NCBI RefSeq assembly: GCF_000006765.1
Contig: NC_002516.2
Direction: 5' to 3' (one strand)
Source of the DNA: Pseudomonas aeruginosa PAO1
Lineage (GTDB): Bacteria; Pseudomonadota; Gammaproteobacteria; Pseudomonadales; Pseudomonadaceae
Length of the DNA stretch: 64,000 nt
Both the position numbers and the translations under genes were made by a program. Positions within the stretch are counted from its first letter, which is position 1. Each line of letters begins with the position of its first letter. The notes under the pieces were generated by a model. The model was given only the letters and a program-made list of their open reading frames with translations. It had not been told where the DNA came from and ran no database searches. Shown in pieces: positions 9,890 through 19,885 of this stretch.

Positions 9890-10231
9890 ATGAACGACCG
9901 ACTGCAGATCGAAGACCTCCTCCTGGGCGACGGCAAGGAGGTAGTGAAGGGTGCGCTGATCACCACCCAGTACAAGGGCACCCTGGAAGACGGCACGCTG
10001 TTCGACTCCTCCTACGAGCGCGGCCGGCCATTCCAGTGCGTGATCGGCACCGGACGAGTGATCAAGGGTTGGGACCAGGGCCTGATGGGCATGAAGGTCG
10101 GTGGCAAGCGACGGCTGTTCGTCCCTTCCCACCTGGCCTACGGCGAACGGCAGGTCGGCGCGCACATCAAGCCCCACTCCAACCTGCTGTTCGAGATCGA
10201 ACTGCTGGAAGTGCTCACCCGCGACGACTGA
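9890..10231 (+). CDS. FKBP-type peptidyl-prolyl isomerase (about PA3717)
   Basis: YKGTLEDGTLFDSS, VIKGWDQGLMGMKVGGKRRL.VPSHLAYG. Confidence 0.95.
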   Translation: MNDRLQIEDLLLGDGKEVVKGALITTQYKGTLEDGTLFDSSYERGRPFQCVIGTGRVIKGWDQGLMGMKVGGKRRLFVPSHLAYGERQVGAHIKPHSNLLFEIELLEVLTRDD

Positions 10232-10329
10232 GCCGAGGGACGGCGGCGGCCTCTGGTCGCCCGTGCCGAACCAATGCGCAGGACGAATAGTCGCTCGGCT
10301 ACCCGCCCTGCACGAAGCCGGTTTCTCTT

Positions 10330-11571
10330 CTAATCCGCGGGGCGAGCCGCGGAACCCGTGGCAATGGCGCGAGGCAGGCCGTCCAGCGCACGCAGCAGGC
10401 AGAACCCCAGGACGGCCCCCGCCGCGCCCGCGACCAGCATCAGGCCGATCGCGCCCGACCAGTCGAAACGGCTGACGATCAGGCCGATCAGCAAGGGGCC
10501 GATCACCTGCCCCAGGTAGTTGCCCTGCATTACCCAGCCGATGGCCAGTGGCGTCAGCGAAGGCGCGGGTGAGGCCAGCGGCGCGGTCGCCAGCACGGTG
10601 GTGGGGAGCATGCCGGCGACCGCCGAGAAGACGAACCCCAGCGCAATCGCCAGGAGCCCCGGCATCGCGGCATGGAAGAACGCCGCACCGGTGAGTCCCA
10701 TCAGGATCGCGGTGCTCGCCAGCAAGGCGCCGGGACGTATGCCGCGGGAAAGGATGAAACCCGCCGCGACATTGCCCAGGGCGTTCGCCGCGACGATGGC
10801 CGCGCCGATGAGTCCCGCAGTCTCCAGGGCGACGCCCAGGCGCTGCATGAGGAACACGGGGAGGAACGTCATCAGGGCGAAGAACTGCAGGTTGTAGGTG
10901 GTGAAGCCGAGCGCCAGCAGGGTGATCGCCGGAACCTTGAGCAACGTGCCAAGACCGGCCGGCCTCACGCCTGCCGCCCTGCACCCATCGTCGGCAGGGA
11001 CGCTGAGCGGCAGCAGCAGCGCCGCGACCAGTACCAGCAGTGCGCTCAGTTGCCAGTCGGCACGCCAGTCCGCGAGCAGCGGCCCGAACAGCATCGAGAG
11101 GGCGATTCCGCCTGCCATGAAGGTGCTCCACAGACCGAACACCACGCTGCGCCGCGTCTCGCTGGTGATCCTGTGCAACACGGCGGGCGCCGCCACTACC
11201 ACGATGAGGAAACCGAGCCCCTCGACGAAGCGAGTGGCAAGCAACCAGGTGAAGTCCTGCATCGACGCACCGAGCAGGCTCGCCCCGCCGAGAATCGCCA
11301 GCCCACCGGTCAGCAGCCGGCGATCTCCCCAGCGACGCACCAGGAGGCCGGCGGCGATGCCGCCGAATACGCCGACGAACGGAAAGGCGGACATGATCCA
11401 GCTCAGCGCGGCGAGGTCGCCGCCGAAGCTCCGTTGCAGCGACGGCAGGGCGATGGTCGCCTTGCCGACATGCAGGGCAGCGGCGATGCCGGCGAAGATC
11501 ACATTGGCAACTGCCAGCCATCGCGGGCTGGCCTGGGGGTGCGGACGAGCGAGAGTGGACGGGCTATCCAT
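10330..11571 (-). CDS. MFS transporter preceded by a SoxR box (about PA3718)
   Basis: About 12 hydrophobic segments; GLLVRRWGDRR loop motif; SoxR-type promoter upstream. Confidence 0.9.
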   Translation of the reverse strand: MDSPSTLARPHPQASPRWLAVANVIFAGIAAALHVGKATIALPSLQRSFGGDLAALSWIMSAFPFVGVFGGIAAGLLVRRWGDRRLLTGGLAILGGASLLGASMQDFTWLLATRFVEGLGFLIVVVAAPAVLHRITSETRRSVVFGLWSTFMAGGIALSMLFGPLLADWRADWQLSALLVLVAALLLPLSVPADDGCRAAGVRPAGLGTLLKVPAITLLALGFTTYNLQFFALMTFLPVFLMQRLGVALETAGLIGAAIVAANALGNVAAGFILSRGIRPGALLASTAILMGLTGAAFFHAAMPGLLAIALGFVFSAVAGMLPTTVLATAPLASPAPSLTPLAIGWVMQGNYLGQVIGPLLIGLIVSRFDWSGAIGLMLVAGAAGAVLGFCLLRALDGLPRAIATGSAARPAD

Positions 11572-11626
11572 CGTTGCCTCCGGGCATGGAGTGGCGCCCG
11601 GCAAGATCGCCAGACGCTCTGCGCGG

Positions 11627-11657
11627 ATTCTGATAGCTCAAGTTAACTTGAGGTAAA
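11627..11657 (-). promoter_or_regulatory. SoxR (MerR-type) promoter: -35 TTTACC, 19-bp spacer, -10 CAGAAT; palindrome CTCAAGTTAACTTGAG at 11637-11652
   Basis: Perfect 16-bp palindrome matching the core of the E. coli soxS SoxR box; 19-bp spacing typical of MerR-family promoters. Confidence 0.9.
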
Positions 11658-11718
11658 GAGCCCAGGAATCAAACGATGTGTTCCATCGCCCGCACCAATG
11701 GCAATCCGGCACGCCCGC

Positions 11719-11880
11719 TCAGTAGAAGTGCTCGCCGTAGAGGTCCCAGGCATTGCGCCGGGCTGCCCGGCGCAGCTGCTCGGTGTAATCCCGCCGGCCG
11801 ACGGCGGATCGTCCCGAGCTGGCAGCGACAGCTTCGGTCTCGGTGCGGGACGGTTTGTTGCGCGGAGTGTTCAGGGACAT
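11719..11880 (-). CDS. armR: ArmR, 53-aa antirepressor of MexR (too short for the ORF track)
   Basis: Translated by hand: MSLNTPRNKPSRTETEAVAASSGRSAVGRRDYTEQLRRAARRNAWDLYGEHFY. Confidence 0.95.
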   Translation of the reverse strand: MSLNTPRNKPSRTETEAVAASSGRSAVGRRDYTEQLRRAARRNAWDLYGEHFY

Positions 11881-11887
11881 GGCGGCG

Positions 11888-12313
11888 TCACCAGTTCATC
11901 CCCGTCGCCGGCCCGCTCAGCAGTGCCTTCGCCATGCCGCGGGCGGACGCCAGGTCCGGCGCCACGCTCACCGGCGGGCCGTAGACAGCCTGCAGCACCG
12001 GCGCCAGTTGCTGCAGGTCGGCGAGGTTGTCCGGCTGGCCGTTGGCACTGAGCAGGATGCCCCGGCAATGCTCGACGAAGCGCTGGCGATTTTCCTTGAG
12101 CCACAACACCAGGCGCTTGCGCGCCTGCTGGTCGCCTTCAGCTGTTTCCTGCGGGAGCGGCGGATAGACCAGGGCGAAATCGCGCTCGACGGCCAGCAGC
12201 GCCTCGACCTCCTCCAACCAGCGCTCGACATCGGCCAGCTCGCGGGGCATCTCGCGGACCTGGACCAAGGGAAAGGCATCGATATCCAACAGGCTCTTAG
12301 CGGGGGCATTCAT
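11888..12313 (-). CDS. PA3720 protein, co-transcribed with armR
   Basis: 141-aa ORF MNAPAKSLLD... ending 7 nt before the armR start; divergent from nalC. Confidence 0.85.
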   Translation of the reverse strand: MNAPAKSLLDIDAFPLVQVREMPRELADVERWLEEVEALLAVERDFALVYPPLPQETAEGDQQARKRLVLWLKENRQRFVEHCRGILLSANGQPDNLADLQQLAPVLQAVYGPPVSVAPDLASARGMAKALLSGPATGMNW

Positions 12314-12370
12314 GGGGGGACTCCTGCGGGGAGGCAAGGCGGAGGAATGAGCGGAAGTGCTTGCCAAAAC

Positions 12371-12391
12371 AGTACTGTACGATACAGTTCT
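12371..12391. promoter_or_regulatory. Likely NalC (TetR-type) operator
   Basis: Dyad AGTACTGTA-cga-TACAGTTCT (8/9 arm match) between divergent PA3720 and nalC. Confidence 0.7.
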
Positions 12392-12517
12392 TAAATGACC
12401 AGCGTCAACCCTAACGAGAAACGCTCTCAGCAAACCGCCTGGAGGCTTGAACGGACCGTCCCGACGGCCCACCATGCGCACCTTCCGACCGCCACCCCGC
12501 GAGGCCCGATACCGCTC

Positions 12518-13159
12518 ATGAACGATGCTTCTCCCCGTCTGACCGAACGCGGCAGGCAACGCCGCCGCGCCATGCTCGACGCCGCTACCCAGGCCTTTCT
12601 CGAACACGGTTTCGAAGGCACCACCCTGGACATGGTGATAGAACGGGCCGGTGGTTCACGGGGGACCCTGTACAGCTCCTTCGGCGGCAAGGAGGGCCTG
12701 TTCGCCGCGGTGATCGCCCACATGATCGGGGAAATCTTCGACGACAGCGCCGATCAGCCGCGCCCCGCCGCCACGCTGAGCGCCACCCTCGAGCATTTCG
12801 GCCGGCGCTTTCTCACCAGCCTGCTCGATCCCCGCTGCCAGAGCCTCTATCGCCTGGTGGTGGCGGAATCCCCGCGGTTTCCGGCGATCGGCAAGTCCTT
12901 CTACGAGCAGGGGCCGCAGCAGAGCTATCTGCTGCTCAGCGAGCGACTGGCCGCGGTCGCTCCTCACATGGACGAGGAAACGCTCTACGCGGTGGCCTGC
13001 CAGTTTCTCGAGATGCTCAAGGCCGACCTGTTCCTCAAGGCCCTCAGCGTGGCCGACTTCCAGCCGACCATGGCGCTGCTGGAAACCCGCCTCAAGCTGT
13101 CGGTGGACATCATCGCCTGCTACCTGGAACACCTGTCGCAGAGCCCCGCGCAGGGCTGA
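12518..13159 (+). CDS. nalC: TetR-family repressor NalC
   Basis: MNDASPRLTERGRQRRRAMLDAA...TetR HTH; 213 aa; divergent from PA3720-armR. Confidence 0.95.
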   Translation: MNDASPRLTERGRQRRRAMLDAATQAFLEHGFEGTTLDMVIERAGGSRGTLYSSFGGKEGLFAAVIAHMIGEIFDDSADQPRPAATLSATLEHFGRRFLTSLLDPRCQSLYRLVVAESPRFPAIGKSFYEQGPQQSYLLLSERLAAVAPHMDEETLYAVACQFLEMLKADLFLKALSVADFQPTMALLETRLKLSVDIIACYLEHLSQSPAQG

Positions 13160-13171
13160 GCGACGCGCCGA

Positions 13172-13522
13172 TCAGGCGGAGGGCGGCAGCGCCTGGCCCG
13201 GCAGTTCGGTGAGGTGGATCTCGGTGACCAGGGGTTCCTGGCGCGGCAGGGTACGTTCGAGCAGGGGCGAGAAACGCGCCAGCGCGCCGATCAGGTCCCA
13301 CTGGGTCTCCAGGGCGGCCCCCAGCTCCGAGAGTTCGTTCAGGACCCGATGACCGACCCGTTGCAGGCGTGGCTCTTCGCTCTGGCTGAGCTCCACCGAA
13401 AGGTGCGCCAGCATGGTGGTCATGTTGTTCATGTTGCGTGTCGCCAGGACCAGGATATTGGCCAGCAGGGCGACATCGCTGTCAGGCAGGGAGGCGTGGG
13501 GAGAACCGGCGTTGGCGTGCAT
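13172..13522 (-). CDS. Small helical hypothetical protein (about PA3722); start uncertain
   Basis: 116-aa ORF convergent with nalC; plausible composition. Confidence 0.6.
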   Translation of the reverse strand: MHANAGSPHASLPDSDVALLANILVLATRNMNNMTTMLAHLSVELSQSEEPRLQRVGHRVLNELSELGAALETQWDLIGALARFSPLLERTLPRQEPLVTEIHLTELPGQALPPSA

Positions 13523-13710
13523 GCGAGCATCCTTTCTCGAAGTGCGGTCCGGAGCGAACGTCGCGGGAGAATAACATCATATTGCCATTACGCAATATCT
13601 CCCACGAAACGCTCAGGTTGATTTCCTGATGCCAGGCAGACCGCCAAGGTCGGCAAAGGTTTCCATCAGGTGGGCCGCCAGCGCCTCGCCGCGCCGACGG
13701 CCCCGACGGC

Positions 13711-14817
13711 TCACTGCATTTCCAGGGATTTGCGCGGCGGCGTGCTGCGATGAGCGGCTCGCAGGTACTGCGGCGGCCAGGGCATCTGCTCGTTGCGCAG
13801 TTCGTCGGCGGCGTGCAACGGCCAGTACGGATCGCGCAGCAGTTCACGGGCAAGCAGGATCAGGTCGGCCTGACCGGTGCGCAGGATATGCTCGGCCTGC
13901 ACCGGCTCGGTGATCATGCCCACCGTGCCGCTGGCGATGCCGGCCTCCTTCTTCACCCGTTCGGCGAACTCGGTCTGGTAGCCCGGTCCTACCGGGATTT
14001 CCGCATTCGCCGCGGTACCGCCGGAAGACACGTCGATCAGGTCCACGCCCAGGTCCTTCAGGTGCCGGGCCAGTTCCACGGTCTCGTCGGGGTTCCAGCC
14101 ATCCTCCACCCAGTCGGTGGCGGACAGCCGCACGAATAGCGGCAACTCTTGCGGCCAGGCCTTGCGCACCGCGGCGGTGACCTGCAGAAGCAGGCGGATG
14201 CGGTTCTCGAAGCAGCCGCCGTACTGGTCGCGACGCTGGTTCGACAGCGGCGAGAGGAACTGATGCAACAGGTAGCCGTGGGCCGCATGCACCTCCGCGA
14301 CCTTGAAGCCGGCAGCCAGGGAGCGCTCGGCGGCGCGTACGAAGGCCTGCACCAGCGCCTCGATCTGCGCCTCGCTCAGGGCCTCGGGGGTCGTGTGCTG
14401 GGGATCGAACGGGATCGCCGACGGCGCCACCGGTATCCAGCCGCCGTCGCCGATCGGCACGCTGCCGTGCTTGCCCAGCCACGGCCGCCAGGTACTCGCC
14501 TTGCGCCCGGCGTGGGCCAGCTGGACCCCGGCGACCGCGCCCTGGGATTCGATGAAACGGGTGATGCGATGCAACGGCTCGACATGCGCGTCGCTCCAGA
14601 TGCCGAGGTCGTCAGCGGTGATGCGCCCCTCGGGCAACACCGCGGTGGCTTCGACTATCACCAGGCCGGCGCCGCCCACCGCGCGGCTGCCCAGGTGCAC
14701 GAGATGCCAGTCGTTGGCCAGGCCCTCCTGCGCCGAGTACTGGCACATGGGCGATACGGCGATGCGGTTGGGCAAGGTGATTTGACGCAGGCTAAGAGGC
14801 TCGAACAGCAGACTCAT
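13711..14817 (-). CDS. Old yellow enzyme / NADH:flavin oxidoreductase, YqjM-like (about PA3723)
   Basis: NRIAVSPMCQYSA, HAAHGYLLHQFLSPLSNQRRDQYGG. Confidence 0.93.
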   Translation of the reverse strand: MSLLFEPLSLRQITLPNRIAVSPMCQYSAQEGLANDWHLVHLGSRAVGGAGLVIVEATAVLPEGRITADDLGIWSDAHVEPLHRITRFIESQGAVAGVQLAHAGRKASTWRPWLGKHGSVPIGDGGWIPVAPSAIPFDPQHTTPEALSEAQIEALVQAFVRAAERSLAAGFKVAEVHAAHGYLLHQFLSPLSNQRRDQYGGCFENRIRLLLQVTAAVRKAWPQELPLFVRLSATDWVEDGWNPDETVELARHLKDLGVDLIDVSSGGTAANAEIPVGPGYQTEFAERVKKEAGIASGTVGMITEPVQAEHILRTGQADLILLARELLRDPYWPLHAADELRNEQMPWPPQYLRAAHRSTPPRKSLEMQ

Positions 14818-14986
14818 GGCAGGACTCCCGGTCGGTCTTGGAATAAGTGCTCACACCTGAACTTTAGACCGGGTTCGCGGAGGCCAACGGCCCAAGCGAC
14901 ATAAAGCAGCCGCCCTCCTGGCGGAAGACGGCTTGAGCGACCCCGACCGGCATTCCTTCCTGGAGTGCCGGCCGGGACCACCGAGC

Positions 14987-16531
<1,545 letters not shown>

Positions 16532-16656
16532 TTACCGCCGCCTTGTGGGCTGATCGGAACAGCCGTATCAGTCCTTCGGGTAGAAGGAACTGCACTCCCC
16601 TGGCTCGGTCCCGTTTTCGACGGTGCTTTCGTGTACCAAAAAGAACCCGCGGCCAA

Positions 16657-16676
16657 ACCTGCCAGAACTGGCAGGT
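16657..16676 (-). promoter_or_regulatory. las/rhl box OP1 of lasB (ACCTGCCAGTTCTGGCAGGT)
   Basis: Near-perfect 20-bp dyad with CT-N12-AG, about 183 bp upstream of the ATG. Confidence 0.92.
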
Positions 16677-16716
16677 AGCCTTGATTTCGCCGGAAATCTG
16701 TATGTTTTCGCTGGAA

Positions 16717-16736
16717 TAGCTAGCAGAAAAGCAGGT
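16717..16736 (-). promoter_or_regulatory. las/rhl box OP2 of lasB (ACCTGCTTTTCTGCTAGCTA)
   Basis: CT-N12-AG box exactly 60 bp upstream of OP1. Confidence 0.85.
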
Positions 16737-16769
16737 GGCAGCTAGGTTGCCCCCAGCTCCGGGACGCGC

Positions 16770-18485
16770 TCAGCGAGGGGCCATGTGGACGATCATCAGT
16801 TGCACGCTTTCCTGGCCGCGGAATTCGTTGACGTCGAGCTTGTAGGCCAGCTCGGCCCAGCGCACGGTAGGGTTGGGCCACTGCTCGCGGTCGATGTTGA
16901 AGGCAATGCCATCCAGTTGCAGCGAGCCGCATTCGCTTTTCAGCACCAGCTTCAGGTGACGCTCGCCGACGATCCGCTGCTGCACCAGCTGGAACACCCC
17001 GTGGAACATCGGCTCGGGAAAGTGCTGGCCCCAGGGACCGGCCTGGCGCAACGCGCGCGCCAGCTCCAGGTGGAACTCCTGGATGCTCAACTGGCCATCG
17101 GAGAGCAGGCGCCCGGCCAGGTCCTCCTCGGCCAGTTGGCGGCGTACTTCGGCATCGAAGGCGGCGGAGAAAGCGCCGAAGTTTTCCTGCGGCAACGATA
17201 GTCCGGCAGCCATCGCGTGGCCGCCGAACTTGCTGATCAGCCCGGGATGACGGGCGGCTACCGCGTCCAGCGCGTCGCGGATGTGGAAGCCGGGAATCGA
17301 CCGTGCCGAGCCTTTCAGGCTGCCGTCGCCGGCATCGGCGAAGGCGATGGTCGGCCGGTGGTAGCGCTCCTTCAGGCGCGAGGCGAGGATTCCGATCACG
17401 CCCTGGTGCCAGTCGGCGTCGAACAGGCACAAGCCGAACGGCAGTTGCTCCAGGCTCAGCTCCTTGAGCTGCGCCAGCGCCTCGCGCTGCATACCCTGCT
17501 CGATGGCCTTGCGGTCCTGGTTCAACTGGTCGAGCTGCACCGCCATGTCGCGGGCCAGCGCTTCGTCGTCGCAGAGCAGGCATTCGATGCCGAGGGACAT
17601 GTCGTCGAGCCGACCCGCCGCGTTCAGGCGCGGACCGAGGATGAAACCCAGGTCGGTGGAGGTGATCCGTACCGGAGGCCGCCCGGCCACCTCCAGCAGC
17701 GCGCGCAAGCCCGGCCGGGCGCGGCCGGCGCGGATGCGCGCGAGGCCCTGGTGGACCAGGATGCGGTTGTTGGCATCGAGCGGCACCACATCGGCGACGC
17801 TGCCCAGCGCCACCAGGTCGAGCAGCTCGGCGAGGTTCGGTTCCTTCAGCCCGCGCCGGGCGAACCAGTCCAGCTCGCGCAGGCGCGCCCGCAACGCCAG
17901 CATCACATAGAAGATCACCCCGACCCCGGCCATGGCCTTGCTGGGGAATTCGCAGCCCGGCTGGTTGGGGTTGATGATCGCATCCGCCGCCGGCAGTTCC
18001 GGGCCAGGCAGGTGGTGGTCGGTGACCAGCACCTTGAGCCCCGCGGCTTTCGCCGCCTGGACGCCGTCCACGCTGGAGATGCCGTTGTCCACCGTCACCA
18101 GCAGGTCGGGACGCTTCTCCAGGGCCACGCCGACGATCTCCGGGGTCAGGCCGTAGCCGTACTCGAAGCGGTTCGGCACCAGGTAATCGACCCAGGCCGC
18201 GCCGAGCATGCGCAGGGCCAGCACGCCGACGCTGCTGGCGGTGGCGCCGTCGGCGTCGAAGTCGCCGACGATGAGAATCCGCTGGCCGCCCTCCAGGGCG
18301 TCCACCAGCAGCGCCACGCCCTCCTCGATGCCTTTCAGCCGCTGGTAGGGAATCAGCCGCGCCAGGCCCTTGTCCAGCTCCTCGGCGCAACGCACGCCAC
18401 GAGCCGCGTACAGGCGCGCCAGCAATGGCGGAAGGTCGCCGAGATCGGGCAGGGTTTCGGGCAGGGGGCGGGGTTCGATACGCAT
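16770..18485 (-). CDS. recJ: ssDNA-specific exonuclease RecJ
   Basis: GDFDADG, TVDNG, TDHH (DHH) and GGHAMAAG motifs. Confidence 0.97.
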   Translation of the reverse strand: MRIEPRPLPETLPDLGDLPPLLARLYAARGVRCAEELDKGLARLIPYQRLKGIEEGVALLVDALEGGQRILIVGDFDADGATASSVGVLALRMLGAAWVDYLVPNRFEYGYGLTPEIVGVALEKRPDLLVTVDNGISSVDGVQAAKAAGLKVLVTDHHLPGPELPAADAIINPNQPGCEFPSKAMAGVGVIFYVMLALRARLRELDWFARRGLKEPNLAELLDLVALGSVADVVPLDANNRILVHQGLARIRAGRARPGLRALLEVAGRPPVRITSTDLGFILGPRLNAAGRLDDMSLGIECLLCDDEALARDMAVQLDQLNQDRKAIEQGMQREALAQLKELSLEQLPFGLCLFDADWHQGVIGILASRLKERYHRPTIAFADAGDGSLKGSARSIPGFHIRDALDAVAARHPGLISKFGGHAMAAGLSLPQENFGAFSAAFDAEVRRQLAEEDLAGRLLSDGQLSIQEFHLELARALRQAGPWGQHFPEPMFHGVFQLVQQRIVGERHLKLVLKSECGSLQLDGIAFNIDREQWPNPTVRWAELAYKLDVNEFRGQESVQLMIVHMAPR

Positions 18486-18528
18486 CAGGTCACTCGTTCG
18501 GCTCGACGGAAGGAAACGGCGGCGGCGA

Positions 18529-19068
18529 TCAACGCTCGCCCTGCAGCCACTCCAGCTGCAACTCGTGCTGGCCGTTCTCGTCGGTGACGAACAGGGTGCC
18601 CTCGCTGATCATCACGGTCCAGTTGATCGAACGCGGCAGGTCGCGGGACAGGCTCTCCAGGGGTTCCTGGGGCACTGCCGCGACGTTGATGTTCTTCAGG
18701 CTGCGCACGCTGTCCAGCACCTTGGTCTGCCAGACCCGCAGGTTGCCATAGGCGAGCAGGCTGAAGCGCTCGCAGCGACGCGAGCACCAGGTGATGCGCT
18801 CGGCGTCCGGCTGGCCGACTTCGATCCAGTGCAGGACCCGGCCGTCCAGGCTCTTTTCCCAGAGCGCCGGTTCGTCCACGTCCGACAGGCCACGCCCGAA
18901 GGCGATCTGCTCGCCGTACCACAGCACGTAGGCCAGCAAGCGCACGGCCAGGCGCTCCTCGGTCTCGGAGGGGTGCCGGGCCACGGTCAGGCGCAACGTC
19001 TCGTAGACCCCGCGGTCCAGGTCGGTGAGGGAAATATCGGCTTTATAGGGCGTGGATTGCAGGGCCAT
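18529..19068 (-). CDS. yaeQ: YaeQ family protein
   Basis: MALQSTPYKADISLTDLDR..ARHPSETEER..DEPALW..HWIEVGQPD. Confidence 0.9.
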   Translation of the reverse strand: MALQSTPYKADISLTDLDRGVYETLRLTVARHPSETEERLAVRLLAYVLWYGEQIAFGRGLSDVDEPALWEKSLDGRVLHWIEVGQPDAERITWCSRRCERFSLLAYGNLRVWQTKVLDSVRSLKNINVAAVPQEPLESLSRDLPRSINWTVMISEGTLFVTDENGQHELQLEWLQGER

Positions 19069-19174
19069 GGGAATACCGGCGTGGGAAGCGAAAGGGCGCA
19101 AGTCTAACCTGAAACCCGCCCGCGTGCGGTCCGCCGGCCGACCGCCTGCCCTGCCTTTCTCGCGTCGCTGCCGC

Positions 19175-19867
19175 TCAGCGCGGGGCGTAGCGGCCCCAGA
19201 GTTCCTCGAACTCGCGCCGATAGGCGCCGATCAGCACGGCGTCGTCGGTTACCAGCAGGTTCTCTTCGTTGTTGACGCTGGCGCTGCGGGTCCAGTTGAA
19301 ACTGCCGTTGAGCAGCCAGGCGCCATCCACCAGGGCGAACTTGTGGTGCATGTGGAAGGGACTGTCGTCGATTCGCAGCGGTACGCCGGCCTCGCGCAGC
19401 GCATGGATGTCGCTGCCTTCGTCGAACTGCTTGTCATCGTCGCTGATGATCCGCACCGGAACGCCGCGCCGATGGCAGGCCAGGATTTCCGCACTGAGCT
19501 GGTCGTCGGAGATGGTGAACACGCAGATGTCCAGGCTCTGCCTGGCCTGCCGGCACAGTTCGCGGATCTTCCGCCGACACTCCTCGCCGGGACTGAAATA
19601 GGCGCTGGCGCGGCTGCGCGGCGGCGCCGCGGTAACCTCCAGGGTGCGCACCACCTGCTCCAGCCACTTCAGGGCGGCTATCCGTTCGCCCTGCTCCTCC
19701 AGGAGGACCAGCTCACGCACCAGGTCGAAGGCACGGTTGCGCAGGAAACGCACCTGGTCGGGTGCCAGCTCGCTGCCCAGTTGGCGCAGTTCGTCCCGCT
19801 CCTCGTTGCTCAGCTTCAGATCGGCCAGGCTGTCGCGCAGCTGGCGGTCCAATCCGTCGAAGTCCAT
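19175..19867 (-). CDS. Single-HKD phospholipase D / Nuc-Zucchini-like protein with N-terminal helical domain (about PA3727)
   Basis: H174-x-K176-x4-D181 followed by GSFNWT; SD GAGGAG; starts 18 nt after the ATPase stop. Confidence 0.88.
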   Translation of the reverse strand: MDFDGLDRQLRDSLADLKLSNEERDELRQLGSELAPDQVRFLRNRAFDLVRELVLLEEQGERIAALKWLEQVVRTLEVTAAPPRSRASAYFSPGEECRRKIRELCRQARQSLDICVFTISDDQLSAEILACHRRGVPVRIISDDDKQFDEGSDIHALREAGVPLRIDDSPFHMHHKFALVDGAWLLNGSFNWTRSASVNNEENLLVTDDAVLIGAYRREFEELWGRYAPR

Positions 19868-19885
19868 TTCCCGCTCCTCGTGTCC

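Noticed and set aside
7973-11521. 1182-aa ORF appearing to fuse the WG-repeat lipoprotein to a long N-terminal region
   Set aside because: The extension is antisense to the FKBP gene and out of frame within the MFS gene, with Arg/Gly/Ala-rich shadow composition. A clear lipoprotein signal starts at 9679.
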